A DNA stretch of 24,000 bases from Robbsia andropogonis (GTDB lineage: Bacteria > Pseudomonadota > Gammaproteobacteria > Burkholderiales > Burkholderiaceae), in assembly GCF_000970345.1 (NCBI RefSeq), contig NZ_LAQU01000019.1, forward strand, positions 38,457 through 62,456, written 5' to 3'. This document shows, piece by piece, positions 1-9,080 of the stretch. The position numbers and the translations under genes were made by a program. The notes under the pieces were generated by a model, which saw nothing but the letters and a program-made list of their open reading frames with translations, ran no database searches and was not told the origin of the DNA. Position 1 is the first letter of the stretch, and the number at the start of each line of letters is the position of its first letter.

Positions 1-948
1 CTGCGGTCGCACATGAGCGATGCAGGCTTCCTCGAAGTGGAAACGCCGATGCTGCACCCCATTCCGGGCGGTGCCAGCGCCAAACCGTTCGTGACCCATC
101 ACAATGCGCTGGATATGCAGATGTATATGCGTATCGCGCCCGAGTTGTACTTGAAGCGGCTGATCGTCGGCGGCTTCAACCGCGTGTTCGAAATCAACCG
201 GAATTTCCGGAACGAGGGCGTGTCACCACGCCACAATCCTGAATTCACGATGATGGAGTTCTACGCCGCGTACACCGACTATCGCTGGTTGATGGACTAC
301 ACCGAAGCCTTGATCCGTGATGCGGCCATCGCCACGTTGGGGAATGCGTCGATTTCCTACCAGGGTCGGGCGCTCGATTTCACGAAGCCGTTCCATCGGT
401 TGACGATCAAGCAGGCGATTCAGGCGCACACCGATTACACCGACGCGCAACTCGATGATATCGACGTAGTGCGCACCGAGCTGAAAAAATTCGGCGTGGA
501 TACGCAGTCGGGGCCGATGAAAACAGCCGGCATTGGTGCATTGCAATTGGCGCTGTTCGAGGAAACCGCGGAATCCAAGCTGTGGGAGCCGACGTTCATC
601 ATCGACTATCCGGTGGAAACGTCGCCCTTGGCGCGTGCATCGGACGCGGATCCGGGAATCACCGAACGATTTGAGTTGTTCATCACCGGCCGCGAAATTG
701 CCAATGGCTTCTCCGAGTTGAATGATCCGGAAGATCAGGCGGCGCGCTTCCGCAAGCAGGTTGAACAAAAGGACGCCGGTGATGACGAGGCCATGTTCTA
801 CGATGCGGACTACATTCGGGCATTGGAACATGGCATGCCGCCCACCGGCGGTTGCGGCATCGGCATCGATCGCCTCGTAATGCTGCTGACCGACAGTGCG
901 AACATCCGCGATGTCATCCTGTTCCCGCATCTACGCAAGGAAGAGTGA
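1..948 (+). CDS. lysS: Lysine--tRNA ligase (class II), C-terminal catalytic part; 5' end lies outside the window
   Basis: The frame is open from base 1 (the track ORF 13..948 only starts at an internal Met). Class II aaRS motifs are present ([34 protein letters not shown]) with a LysRS-like sequence throughout. Stop codon ends at 948. Confidence 0.95.
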   Translation: MRSHMSDAGFLEVETPMLHPIPGGASAKPFVTHHNALDMQMYMRIAPELYLKRLIVGGFNRVFEINRNFRNEGVSPRHNPEFTMMEFYAAYTDYRWLMDYTEALIRDAAIATLGNASISYQGRALDFTKPFHRLTIKQAIQAHTDYTDAQLDDIDVVRTELKKFGVDTQSGPMKTAGIGALQLALFEETAESKLWEPTFIIDYPVETSPLARASDADPGITERFELFITGREIANGFSELNDPEDQAARFRKQVEQKDAGDDEAMFYDADYIRALEHGMPPTGGCGIGIDRLVMLLTDSANIRDVILFPHLRKEE

Positions 949-1188
949 TTGCCGGGTCGCACGGGAGCGCTATGCGCCGCACTCGCGCGGCCGACAGAAA
1001 AACGACCCATCCTGGCGTCAATTTTGCTTTACTCCGATCAGCCGTCGGGCGTCCAGCAGAGCAGACAGCACCATCGCGACGTACAAACGCTCGCAACTGC
1101 TTACATTATGAAACGCCCGACGTGCATGGGATCACCGATACTTATTACACAATAAATCAGTAAAAAAAGTGAATCGGAGGAATGCATC

Positions 1189-1830
1189 ATGGAACCGGTC
1201 AATCAACGCGCACACGGCCTGGTAAATAGGTCACGAATTCACCCGCTGGTGGCCACGGCAGCAGGCGCGGTCATCGTGGCCTGCGGCGTAGGCGTCGCGG
1301 CAATGACGGGTGTCCTGCCCCGTGCGGGCGGTCAAACAGCCGCGAACGCGGTGCCGCCCACACCGGCGACCGCGCAGTATGCACAAAATACCGCGCCCAC
1401 CGGACAGGTTCTACCGCAAGCAACGGCGCCGGCCGCACCACCGCCGGTGCAACGCGTCGCCGAAAATACCCCGCCGCCGTCACCCGCACCGGCCATCTGC
1501 CATAGCTGCGGCACTGTAACGTCGATCAACGCCTATAAGGTGGAAGGTCATGGCACAGGTCTCGGAGCGGTAGGCGGTGCGGTAGCCGGCGGCCTGGTGG
1601 GTTCGGCGTTCGGTGGCGGTCATGGCCGGATTGCGACAACGCTGCTGGGCGCGGCGGGGGGCGGTTACGCAGGCAATGCGATCGAGCGCAATGTGCGTAG
1701 CACCACCAACTACCGGGTGACCGTGAGAATGCAGGATGGCAGCTATCGCACCTTCCGGTACGCCAGCTCGCCGCCAGTCTCCGAAGGTCAGCGCGTGCAT
1801 GTCGAGAATGGCGTGTTACGTGCAGGGTAA
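1189..1830 (+). CDS. Membrane-anchored glycine-zipper (2TM / 17 kDa surface antigen-like) domain protein with a Pro/Ala-rich spacer
   Basis: GGAGG lies 8 nt upstream of the ATG. There is an N-terminal hydrophobic segment (LVATAAGAVIVACGVGVAAM) and a P/A/T-rich linker. The glycine-zipper block is GLGAVGGAVAGGLVGSAFGGGHG...LLGAAGGGYAGN. Confidence 0.75.
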   Translation: MEPVNQRAHGLVNRSRIHPLVATAAGAVIVACGVGVAAMTGVLPRAGGQTAANAVPPTPATAQYAQNTAPTGQVLPQATAPAAPPPVQRVAENTPPPSPAPAICHSCGTVTSINAYKVEGHGTGLGAVGGAVAGGLVGSAFGGGHGRIATTLLGAAGGGYAGNAIERNVRSTTNYRVTVRMQDGSYRTFRYASSPPVSEGQRVHVENGVLRAG

Positions 1831-1863
1831 GCGGCTGCCCTTATTGCCCGCATGACGTGTTGG

Positions 1864-1912
1864 AAAAAGCCCCTACCGCATGGCGATGCGTTGCATGCGG
1901 CTGGGGCTTTTT
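1864..1912. terminator. Bidirectional rho-independent terminator between convergent genes (glycine-zipper gene and iscX)
   Basis: The sequence is AAAAAGCCCCtaCCGCATG-(11 nt loop)-CATGCGGctGGGGCTTTTT. Two stem segments (10 bp + 7 bp) are separated by a 2-nt internal mismatch. An A-run flanks one side and a T-run the other. Confidence 0.6.
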
Positions 1913-1994
1913 CACTTGCCGCTGCCGAAACGACGTCGCAGACGTAGGCAACAGCCGTATTTCCGCTGTATCCGGCTCTCAGCGCTCAGGCCGA

Positions 1995-2192
1995 TCAATA
2001 ATCCGCTTCCTCGATCCATGCCGCCTGAATCGCTTCGAGAATTTTCTCGTTGGAACGGTCCGGCGCGTCGTCGAAACCGTCAAGGGCAATGACCCATTTG
2101 TGCAGATCGGTGAAGCGCACCAGCGTCGGATTTTGATCCGGCATGGCTTCGGACAAGGCGATCGCAATGTCGTTCGTATCGGTCCACTTCAT
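1995..2192 (-). CDS. iscX: Fe-S assembly protein IscX (YfhJ family)
   Basis: The internal Met of track ORF 1995..2342 gives a 65-aa protein, MKWTDTNDIAIALSEAMPDQNPTLVRFTDLHKWV...WIEEADY, typical of IscX. It is the last gene of the isc operon. Confidence 0.85.
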   Translation of the reverse strand: MKWTDTNDIAIALSEAMPDQNPTLVRFTDLHKWVIALDGFDDAPDRSNEKILEAIQAAWIEEADY

Positions 2193-2268
2193 CGTGTTAC
2201 TCCTGTTTGCCCTGACGTTGCCCGGTCGTCGCGTTCGATTTCCAGGCCTCCATCGCGCCCCCGCGGGC

Positions 2269-2610
2269 TCAATGACCTTCCTTCGCGTGATTGATTGTAT
2301 AGCGCGGGATCTCGACAACGACATCGGTATCTGCCGGGACAAATGCCTGGCATGACAGACGTGACGTCGGCTCCAGCCCCCAGGCCTTGTCCAGCATGTC
2401 GTCCTCGTCTTCCTCGGAGGGCGTCATATCATCGAAACCCTCGCGGATCACAACGTGGCAGGTCGTGCAGGCACATGACTTCTCACATGCGTGTTCGATC
2501 TCGATGCCATGTTCGAGCAGATTGTCACAAATAGACTTCGACACATCCGCGTCGATCACCGCGCCGTCAGGACACAGATGCGCGTGGGGTAATACGACAA
2601 TGTGAGACAT
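2269..2610 (-). CDS. fdx: ISC-system [2Fe-2S] ferredoxin
   Basis: 113 aa starting MSHIVVLPHAHLCPDGA. The adrenodoxin-type Cys pattern is C-x5-C-x2-C ... C (EKSCACTTCHV...SRLSCQ). The ATG sits 1 nt after the hscA stop. Confidence 0.93.
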   Translation of the reverse strand: MSHIVVLPHAHLCPDGAVIDADVSKSICDNLLEHGIEIEHACEKSCACTTCHVVIREGFDDMTPSEEDEDDMLDKAWGLEPTSRLSCQAFVPADTDVVVEIPRYTINHAKEGH

Positions 2611-2611
2611 T

Positions 2612-4493
2612 TCAGTTGATTTCCCGGATATCCTTGCCAGCCAATGCCCGTCGGATGCTCTGATCCATTCGACGAGCGGCAAATTCGTCGGTGACTGCCG
2701 ACAGTGCCTTCGATGCGGCGTCGATCGCATCGAGATTATCGCCTTCGAGCACTGCTCGCAGCGCGGCAAATTTCGCCTCGATGGTCTTCCGCTCCTCATT
2801 GTTCAACAGCGCACCGTCCTCGATGATTGCCGCCGCCGTTGCGTCCAGCAAACGGCCCGCATCGACCTGCGCCTCGCGCAACGCTCTTGCCTTCATATCG
2901 GACGCAGCGCTGGTATAGCTGTCCTGCAACATTCGCGTGATATCTTCGTCGCCGAGGCCGTACGATGGCTTGACCGACACCTGTGACTCCACACCCGACA
3001 GGTCCTCACGTGCCGTTACCGACAACAATCCGTCCGCGTCCACCTGATAAGTGACGCGGATGCGCGCCGCACCCGCGGTCATGGGCGGTATACCGCGCAG
3101 CGTAAAGCGTGCCAATGAACGGCAATCGTCGACCAACTCGCGTTCGCCCTGCAGTACATGGATGGCCATGGCGGTCTGCCCGTCCTTGAACGTCGTGAAT
3201 TCCTGCGCGCGGGCAACGGGAATGGTGGAATTGCGCGGAATAATTTTTTCGACCAGCCCGCCCATTGTTTCAACGCCCAACGACAAGGGGATGACATCGA
3301 GCAGCAGCCAGTCATCGCCATCGCTGCGATTACCCGCAAGCAAGTCCGCCTGGATCGCCGCCCCCACTGCCACGACCTGATCGGGATCGATATCGGTCAG
3401 CGGCGCCTGGCCAAAGTACGCCTCCACGGCGCGCCGCACACAGGCCATGCGTGTCGCGCCGCCCACCAGTACGACGCCCTTGACGTCTTGCGGTGTCAGG
3501 CCCGCGTCGCGCAGCGCGCGCCGCGTCGGAGCAAAAGTGCGCTTGACCAGCGCGTCCACCCAGATGCCAAATTGCGCCTCCGTGAAGGCGAAGTCGATTG
3601 TCTGCCCTGACGACAGCACCGCATGCCACGCGTGCCTTGAATGCAGTATCCGTGGCGCCAGACAGACTTTCCTTGGCAGCCCGCACCCGATCGAGCAACA
3701 GGCGGATGTCCTCCGCCGGCAGGCTGTCCAGGGAAAGGCCGGCCTCAGTCAACAATGCAGTCAACACCGCATGATCGAAGTCATCGCCACCCAATGCCGT
3801 GTCGCCACCGGTGGCCAACACTTCGAATACGCCGTGCGTCAACTTCAAGATCGATAAATCGAACGTGCCGCCGCCCAAGTCATAAACCGCGTAGACGCCT
3901 TCGGCGCCGTTATCCAACCCGTAGGCGATAGCGGCAGCCGTCGGTTCATTCAGCAGACGGAGGACCTCGAGTCCGGCCAACTGCGCGGCGTCTTTGGTGG
4001 CCTGACGTTGCGCTTCATCGAAATAAGCCGGTACGGTGATCACCGCGCCGACGATCTCGTCACCCATCGTCGCTTCGGCACGCTGCTTCAGCACCGCAAG
4101 GATATCGGCGGACACGTCGACGGGGCTCTTGACACCCTGCACCGTTTCCAGTTTGACCATGCCCGGCGCATCAACGAAGGTATAGGGCGCGTGCGTGCGT
4201 TGCGCATCGGCCAGCCCCCGCCCCATGAAACGCTTGACCGAAATAATGGTATTTCTGGGATCCTGTGCCGCCTCGCGCTTGGCGGCAAGACCAACGCGAC
4301 GGGTGCCGTCGGACAGGTAGCGCACAACCGAAGGCAACAGCGGATGCCCCGACTCATCCGGCAGCACATCCGCGACGCCGTTGCGCATGGCGGCAACCAA
4401 CGAGTTGGTGGTACCCAGGTCGATTCCCACGGCGATACGGCGCTCGTGCGGCGCCGGCGCCATCCCGGGTTCTGAAATTTGTAGTAACGCCAT
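2612..4493 (-). pseudogene. hscA: Fe-S cluster chaperone HscA (Hsp70 family), reading frame interrupted by a single-nucleotide frameshift near 3620-3645
   Basis: The N-terminal half ([10 protein letters not shown]...[12 protein letters not shown]...DLGGGTFD...[16 protein letters not shown]) is in one frame. The C-terminal half ((V)[16 protein letters not shown]...VLVGGATRM...[17 protein letters not shown]...[14 protein letters not shown]) is in the adjacent frame. The span is 1882 nt, which is 3n+1. After the junction the first frame reads R/G/A-rich nonsense until a stop at 3330. Confidence 0.9.
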
Positions 4494-4551
4494 GTGTGAT
4501 ATTCCGGTACGGCTGCGGCGGGATACGTACACCCGCGGCAGAAACGGCCTG

Positions 4552-5190
4552 CTATGCGTCTTCGAGCCGCTCGATCTGCTTGCGCGCGGCGTCCGCCACT
4601 TTCTGGATAAAGAGCAATTCCCGCGCCGTTTCCGCCGCGGGCTGGTCGGCTTGACTATCGAGCCAGCCCGCCAGTTTGTCGAACCGTTGTCGGCTGGCGT
4701 CCTGCAACTCGCGCAGCATCGCATCCAAGGCGCCGACGTTCGACGCCGCCGCGGCATCCTCGATGGCTTCGCGCCACGCGATCTGTTGCATCAGGAATGC
4801 CGGCGCAATGGCGGTATTGCGCTCGGCGCTCGCGTCGATACCGCGCAGCGTTAGCAAATATAAGGCCCGTGCCAGCGGATCTCGCAGCGTTTGATATCCC
4901 TCGTTGGCGCGCGTGGCCCATTGCATCGCGATGCGCTTTTGCGCCTCGCCCGCCGAGGCGAAGCGGTCTGGATGCACCTGCGATTGAATCGTGCGGTAGC
5001 GCTGCGCCAGCACGTCGGCATCGACAGCGAATTGACGTGGGAGACCGAATAAATCGAAATGGTCGGCGTCGGCGCGCGCCAATGCCGGTGCCGCCTGCTT
5101 GACAGCATCGAGCGTATCCTCCGCGCCCGGCACCCCCTGTTCTCCTGCCTGCATCTTCGCGCGACTCGTCACCGTGCGCGCAGCACGCAT
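4552..5190 (-). CDS. hscB: Fe-S cluster co-chaperone HscB (J-domain protein); start uncertain
   Basis: J-domain core [14 protein letters not shown]...VHPDRF followed by an HscB C-terminal helical domain. Candidate starts are GTG 5217 (overlaps the iscA end), ATG 5190, ATG 5154 and GTG 5133 (the last is preceded by AGGAGA). Every option leaves an N-terminal extension before the J domain. Confidence 0.85.
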   Translation of the reverse strand: MRAARTVTSRAKMQAGEQGVPGAEDTLDAVKQAAPALARADADHFDLFGLPRQFAVDADVLAQRYRTIQSQVHPDRFASAGEAQKRIAMQWATRANEGYQTLRDPLARALYLLTLRGIDASAERNTAIAPAFLMQQIAWREAIEDAAAASNVGALDAMLRELQDASRQRFDKLAGWLDSQADQPAAETARELLFIQKVADAARKQIERLEDA

Positions 5191-5194
5191 CTCG

Positions 5195-5518
5195 TCAGAC
5201 ACGGAAGGATTCGCCACAACCGCACTCGTCTTTCACATTTGGATTATTGAACTTGAACCCTTCGTTCAAGCCCTCCCGTGCAAAGTCGAGTTCGGTGCCA
5301 TCGATATACGCAAGACTCTTCGGGTCCACCACGACCTTGACGCCGTGGCTCTCAAAGACCTGATCTTCCGCTTCCAACGCATCCACGTACTCAAGCTTGT
5401 AGGCGAGCCCTGAACAACCCGTGGTCCGCACGCCCAGGCGCAAACCCACACCCTTGCCCCGGCGAACCAGGAACTTGGATACGTGTTGCGCCGCCTTTTC
5501 CGTCAACGTGATTGCCAT
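5195..5518 (-). CDS. iscA: Iron-sulfur cluster assembly A-type carrier IscA
   Basis: 107 aa, [13 protein letters not shown]...GCSGLAY...CGCGESFRV, with the canonical C-x(n)-C-G-C signature. Confidence 0.93.
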   Translation of the reverse strand: MAITLTEKAAQHVSKFLVRRGKGVGLRLGVRTTGCSGLAYKLEYVDALEAEDQVFESHGVKVVVDPKSLAYIDGTELDFAREGLNEGFKFNNPNVKDECGCGESFRV

Positions 5519-5537
5519 GACCTTCCTGTCTCTATTC

Positions 5538-5963
5538 TCAAGCGGCCGCAGCCGACGACGTCGCCGTCGACTCGACACCTGCCGCGCCGTGCCGCGCGCG
5601 ATAGTCGGCGATTGCCGCCTTGATAGCATCTTCCGCCAAAATCGAGCAATGGATCTTGACCGGCGGCAACGCCAGCTCTTCAGCAATCTCCGCGTTCTTG
5701 ATTGCCGCTGCCTGATCGAGCGTCTTGCCCTTGACCCACTCCGTGATCAGCGAACTGGACGCGATGGCGGAACCGCATCCATATGTCTTGAACTTCGCGT
5801 CTTCGATGATGCCGTCGGCGCCCACGCGGATCTGCAATTTCATCACGTCACCACACGCCGGCGCGCCAACCATGCCGGTTCCAACACTATCGTCGTTCTT
5901 GTCAAACGACCCGACATTGCGGGGATTTTCGTAGTGGTCGAGGACCTTGTCGCTATATGCCAT
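5538..5963 (-). CDS. iscU: Fe-S cluster assembly scaffold IscU
   Basis: [19 protein letters not shown]...[12 protein letters not shown]...[13 protein letters not shown]...[15 protein letters not shown]. There is a short Ala/Ser-rich C-terminal tail. Confidence 0.95.
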   Translation of the reverse strand: MAYSDKVLDHYENPRNVGSFDKNDDSVGTGMVGAPACGDVMKLQIRVGADGIIEDAKFKTYGCGSAIASSSLITEWVKGKTLDQAAAIKNAEIAEELALPPVKIHCSILAEDAIKAAIADYRARHGAAGVESTATSSAAAA

Positions 5964-5979
5964 TTCACATTCTCCTGAA

Positions 5980-7272
5980 TCAGTGCGCGGCCCACTGGAT
6001 CGAATTCAGATCGATGCCGTCTTTGTACATTTCCCACAGAGGCGACAGGTCACGCAGCTTGTTGATCTTGCTCTTCATCAAAGCGATAACGAAGTCGACT
6101 TCCTTCTCCGTCGTGAACCGGCCAAGCGTGAAACGAATCGAGCTGTGCGCCAATTCATCGTTGCGGCCCAAGGCGCGCAGCACGTAAGACGGTTCCAGCG
6201 ACGCCGACGTACAGGCAGAGCCCGATGACACGGCAACATCCTTCACGGCCATAATCATCGATTCGCCTTCAACGTAGTTGAAGCTGATATTCAGATTGTG
6301 GGCGACCCGGTGCGTCAGGTCGCCATTCACGTAAATTTCTTCGAGTTCGTTCAGGCCATTCAGCAGACGGTCGCGCAACGCGCCGACGCGGGCATTTTCG
6401 TTGACCATTTCTTCACGCGCCAAACGGAACGCCTCGCCCATGCCGACAATCTGGTGCGGTGCGAGCGTGCCCGAACGCATGCCGCGTTCATGACCACCGC
6501 CGTGCATTTGTGCCTCAATCCGCACGCGTGGCTTACGGCGCACATACAAGGCCCCGATACCCTTCGGACCGTAGGTCTTATGCGCAGAGAACGACATCAG
6601 GTCGACATCCAGCTTTGCCAGGTCGATCTCGACCTTGCCCGTTGCCTGCGCCGCATCGACGTGGAAAATGATCGGCGTCTTACGGGCTTTCGCCGTCGCG
6701 CGCAACATCGCACCTATTTCGGCGATCGGCTGAATCACGCCAATCTCGTTGTTCACCATCATGATCGACACCAGGATCGTATCCGGGCGAATGGCCGCTT
6801 CCAGCGCCGCCATATCGATCAGGCCGTTGTCCAGCACATCCAGATAGGTCGCTTCGAAACCTTGGCGCTCAAGCTCACGCACCGTATCAAGCACGGCCTT
6901 GTGCTCGGTCTTGACCGTGATGATGTGCTTGCCGTTGCCCTTGTAGAAATTCGCGGCCCCTTTTATGGCAAGGTTGTCCGACTCCGTTGCCCCTGATGTC
7001 CAAACGATTTCTCGCGGGTCTGCGTTAACCAGCAATGCCACCTGCTCGCGCGCCAGCTCGACAGCCTTCTCGGCATCCCAACCGTATTTGTGACTGCGCG
7101 AGGCCGGGTTCCCGAACGACCCATACAGGAACGGGATCATCGCATCGGCAACGCGCGGGTCCGTCGGCGTCGTCGCGCTGTTATCCATGTAGATCGGCAT
7201 CGTGACGTCTACATTCAGGCGAGACTTCAACGTGGCCAAATCCGTTTGCAGGTGAGGAATGTCGTTATTCAT
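5980..7272 (-). CDS. iscS: Cysteine desulfurase IscS (PLP-dependent)
   Basis: Carries [11 protein letters not shown], the PLP-lysine context [12 protein letters not shown], the active-site loop SSGSACTS and the C-terminal WAAH. The ATG at 7272 has GGTGGAG upstream. An alternative internal ATG at 7200 has no SD. Confidence 0.95.
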   Translation of the reverse strand: MNNDIPHLQTDLATLKSRLNVDVTMPIYMDNSATTPTDPRVADAMIPFLYGSFGNPASRSHKYGWDAEKAVELAREQVALLVNADPREIVWTSGATESDNLAIKGAANFYKGNGKHIITVKTEHKAVLDTVRELERQGFEATYLDVLDNGLIDMAALEAAIRPDTILVSIMMVNNEIGVIQPIAEIGAMLRATAKARKTPIIFHVDAAQATGKVEIDLAKLDVDLMSFSAHKTYGPKGIGALYVRRKPRVRIEAQMHGGGHERGMRSGTLAPHQIVGMGEAFRLAREEMVNENARVGALRDRLLNGLNELEEIYVNGDLTHRVAHNLNISFNYVEGESMIMAVKDVAVSSGSACTSASLEPSYVLRALGRNDELAHSSIRFTLGRFTTEKEVDFVIALMKSKINKLRDLSPLWEMYKDGIDLNSIQWAAH

Positions 7273-7422
7273 TATCTTGGGTACTCCACCATCTTGAAGG
7301 ACACCGCGCAGTCAAGCGCGGCCATCCCGTGAAACCGTTGCGTCGCGTGAAAAACACGACTCGCTACGCTCGATACCGCGCCAGTCGTGACATCGGCATC
7401 ATTGCGCATCCACCACAACGCG

Positions 7423-7956
7423 TCACGAACGCGCCAGGTTGAACACCGAATTCGGCCCACGTGGCACAACGCGCGCTGGCGGTTCGATCGTGCTCTGGGT
7501 GGTTTGACGACGCTCGCGCACCACGGTCGCCGGCTGATCCTTTGCCTGCTGGTCAACCAGATCCTGCAGCGAGACGGAATCCAGATATTCGACCATCTTC
7601 CGATTCAGTGTCGACCATAGCTCGTGCGTCATGCAATGGCCGCTCGGCTGCTTCGCGCCTTCACATTCACCCTTGCCACCACACTGCGTTGCATCGATCG
7701 GCTCATCGACAGCGATGATGATGTCCGCTACCGACACGTCCGCCGCACGGCGGGCCAGATTGTATCCGCCACCCGGCCCCCGCACGCTTTCGACGATTTC
7801 ATGTCGGCGCAATTTTCCGAACAATTGTTCCAGGTACGACAGAGAGATTTTCTGGCGCTGACTGATGCCCGCGAGCGTCACCGGACCTTGGTCCTGGCGG
7901 AGCGCCAAATCGATCATCGCGGTTACTGCAAAACGGCCTTTTGTCGTGAGTCTCAT
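7423..7956 (-). CDS. iscR: Fe-S cluster assembly transcriptional regulator IscR (Rrf2 family)
   Basis: Starts MRLTTKGRFAVTAMIDLA, the Rrf2 wHTH. The cluster-ligand region is CGGKGEC...HCMTHELW. GAGG lies about 8 nt upstream of ATG 7956 (the track ORF begins 5 codons earlier). Confidence 0.92.
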   Translation of the reverse strand: MRLTTKGRFAVTAMIDLALRQDQGPVTLAGISQRQKISLSYLEQLFGKLRRHEIVESVRGPGGGYNLARRAADVSVADIIIAVDEPIDATQCGGKGECEGAKQPSGHCMTHELWSTLNRKMVEYLDSVSLQDLVDQQAKDQPATVVRERRQTTQSTIEPPARVVPRGPNSVFNLARS

Positions 7957-8106
7957 CAGGGAGCCTCGCATTCAAGTGAGTGTTTCGACTGCCAAGGCAT
8001 GAATCGGGTCGGATCTTGCCATTCGACCATGCGGACCTGCCTACTCCTACCGTGTGGCAACGTCCTGCCTTTTCGTCGGAAAGCCGGGTAGCGCGACAAA
8101 CGCATC

Positions 8107-8158
8107 AATCCCGACAACTTTCGTCAAGTATAAATCCCCTAGCAAAATAGTCAAGTTT
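8107..8158 (-). promoter_or_regulatory. iscR operon promoter with two tandem IscR type-1-like boxes
   Basis: The minus strand reads TTGACT-16 nt-TATACT (plus-strand coordinates 8149-8154 and 8127-8132). Two 25-mers at 8107-8131 and 8134-8158 each match the type-1 IscR consensus ATASYYGACTRWWWYAGTCRRSTAT at 19/25 positions by hand alignment. Confidence 0.5.
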
Positions 8159-8309
8159 TCGCCCGGTCTTCCGCCCTGAAATCATGCCGGAAAGCAATAG
8201 GCAATATCACTCGACTAGGCCAGAGACGTCATTCTCCGCCTTTTGGCCTATTTCTGCAGCGCACGGCGTCTCGCACACGGCCTTGCCTCGACCGCTGGGG
8301 GCAATTAAA

Positions 8310-9050
8310 TTACGGCGTACCCGCCCCCTGCTGCGCCAGTTCTTTATTGCGGCGCTGCAGGAATGCAATCAAGCCCTGTACGCCTGAGGCCTGTACTTTC
8401 GAGGTGAACTGCGGTCGATAGGCTGCAATGAGCCAAAGATTGGCGACATTGACGTCATAGATCCGCCAGCCATTCGCGCCCTTTTCAAGCCGATAGGCCA
8501 CCGGATAGGGCTGGCCTCCGCTGATGACGTCGGTCTGCACCACCACGTCGGTGGCGTCGGCGGCAACCCGCACGGGCTTTACATTGACCGTCTGATCACC
8601 CACTTTGGCCGCCGCACCCGCGTACAAATGGATCAGCAGCAATTCAAACTGCTGCACCAGATCATCACGCTGGGCTTCGGTCGCATCCCGCCAGGCCGGA
8701 CCCAGGGCCAAGCGCGTGGTCTTGCGAAAATCCGTATACGGCAGCAACTGCGTATTGACGACCTGTTCAATGCGATGTGTATCGCCCGCCTTGATTTGTG
8801 GGTCCGCCTTGATCGTATGCAAGATCGACGCCGATAGCGTTTCAATCAACGACTGCGGCGTGCTGTCGTCGACGCTGGTGCCCGCTTTTGCCGTTGCGTG
8901 CACTTGCGCCATCGTCGTCTGAGCTGCCGCGCTTCGCACGATGCCCTGGAGACCACACGCCAGACTAACGGACAGCACGGCCGCCAGCGCGCACCGCGTG
9001 CGCCGGGACGCGCGCGGCCCATGTATTGCCACAGTCACGGTATCTCGCAT
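8310..9050 (-). CDS. MlaC/Ttg2D-family periplasmic phospholipid-binding protein (orphan; no mlaFEDB nearby)
   Basis: Signal peptide (RRTRCALAAVLSVSLACGL...AAAQ). Toluene-tolerance/MlaC-like motifs include LLPYTDFRKTTRLALGPAWRDATEAQRDDLVQQF and GWRIYDVNVANLWLIAAYRPQF. Confidence 0.8.
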   Translation of the reverse strand: MRDTVTVAIHGPRASRRTRCALAAVLSVSLACGLQGIVRSAAAQTTMAQVHATAKAGTSVDDSTPQSLIETLSASILHTIKADPQIKAGDTHRIEQVVNTQLLPYTDFRKTTRLALGPAWRDATEAQRDDLVQQFELLLIHLYAGAAAKVGDQTVNVKPVRVAADATDVVVQTDVISGGQPYPVAYRLEKGANGWRIYDVNVANLWLIAAYRPQFTSKVQASGVQGLIAFLQRRNKELAQQGAGTP

Positions 9051-9080
9051 CGCATTTCCTTTTCTTATCGTGCCAAACGC

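Noticed and set aside
223-930. Long antisense or overlapping ORFs throughout the track. Examples: 223..930 -, 3158..3610 +, 4008..4475 +, 5421..5978 +, 6298..6996 +, 7624..8091 +, 10414..11307 +, 13529..14194 -, 14600..15094 -, 18270..18809 -, 23349..23927 -.
   Set aside because: Each lies opposite or out of frame to a gene with strong family-level similarity. Their translations are Arg/Pro/Gly/Ala-rich nonsense of the kind expected in GC-rich DNA.
3330-3619. C-terminal ~97 aa of track ORF 3330..4757 ([15 protein letters not shown]...GGLACG) as a novel domain fused to HscA.
   Set aside because: It is simply the out-of-frame read-through after the hscA frameshift. The same bases encode conserved HscA sequence in the adjacent frame.
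8215-8250. TAGGCCA...TGGCCTA inverted repeat, considered as the terminator of the MlaC-like gene.
   Set aside because: It has a 7-bp stem with a 22-nt loop and no T-run on the relevant strand, which is too weak to call.
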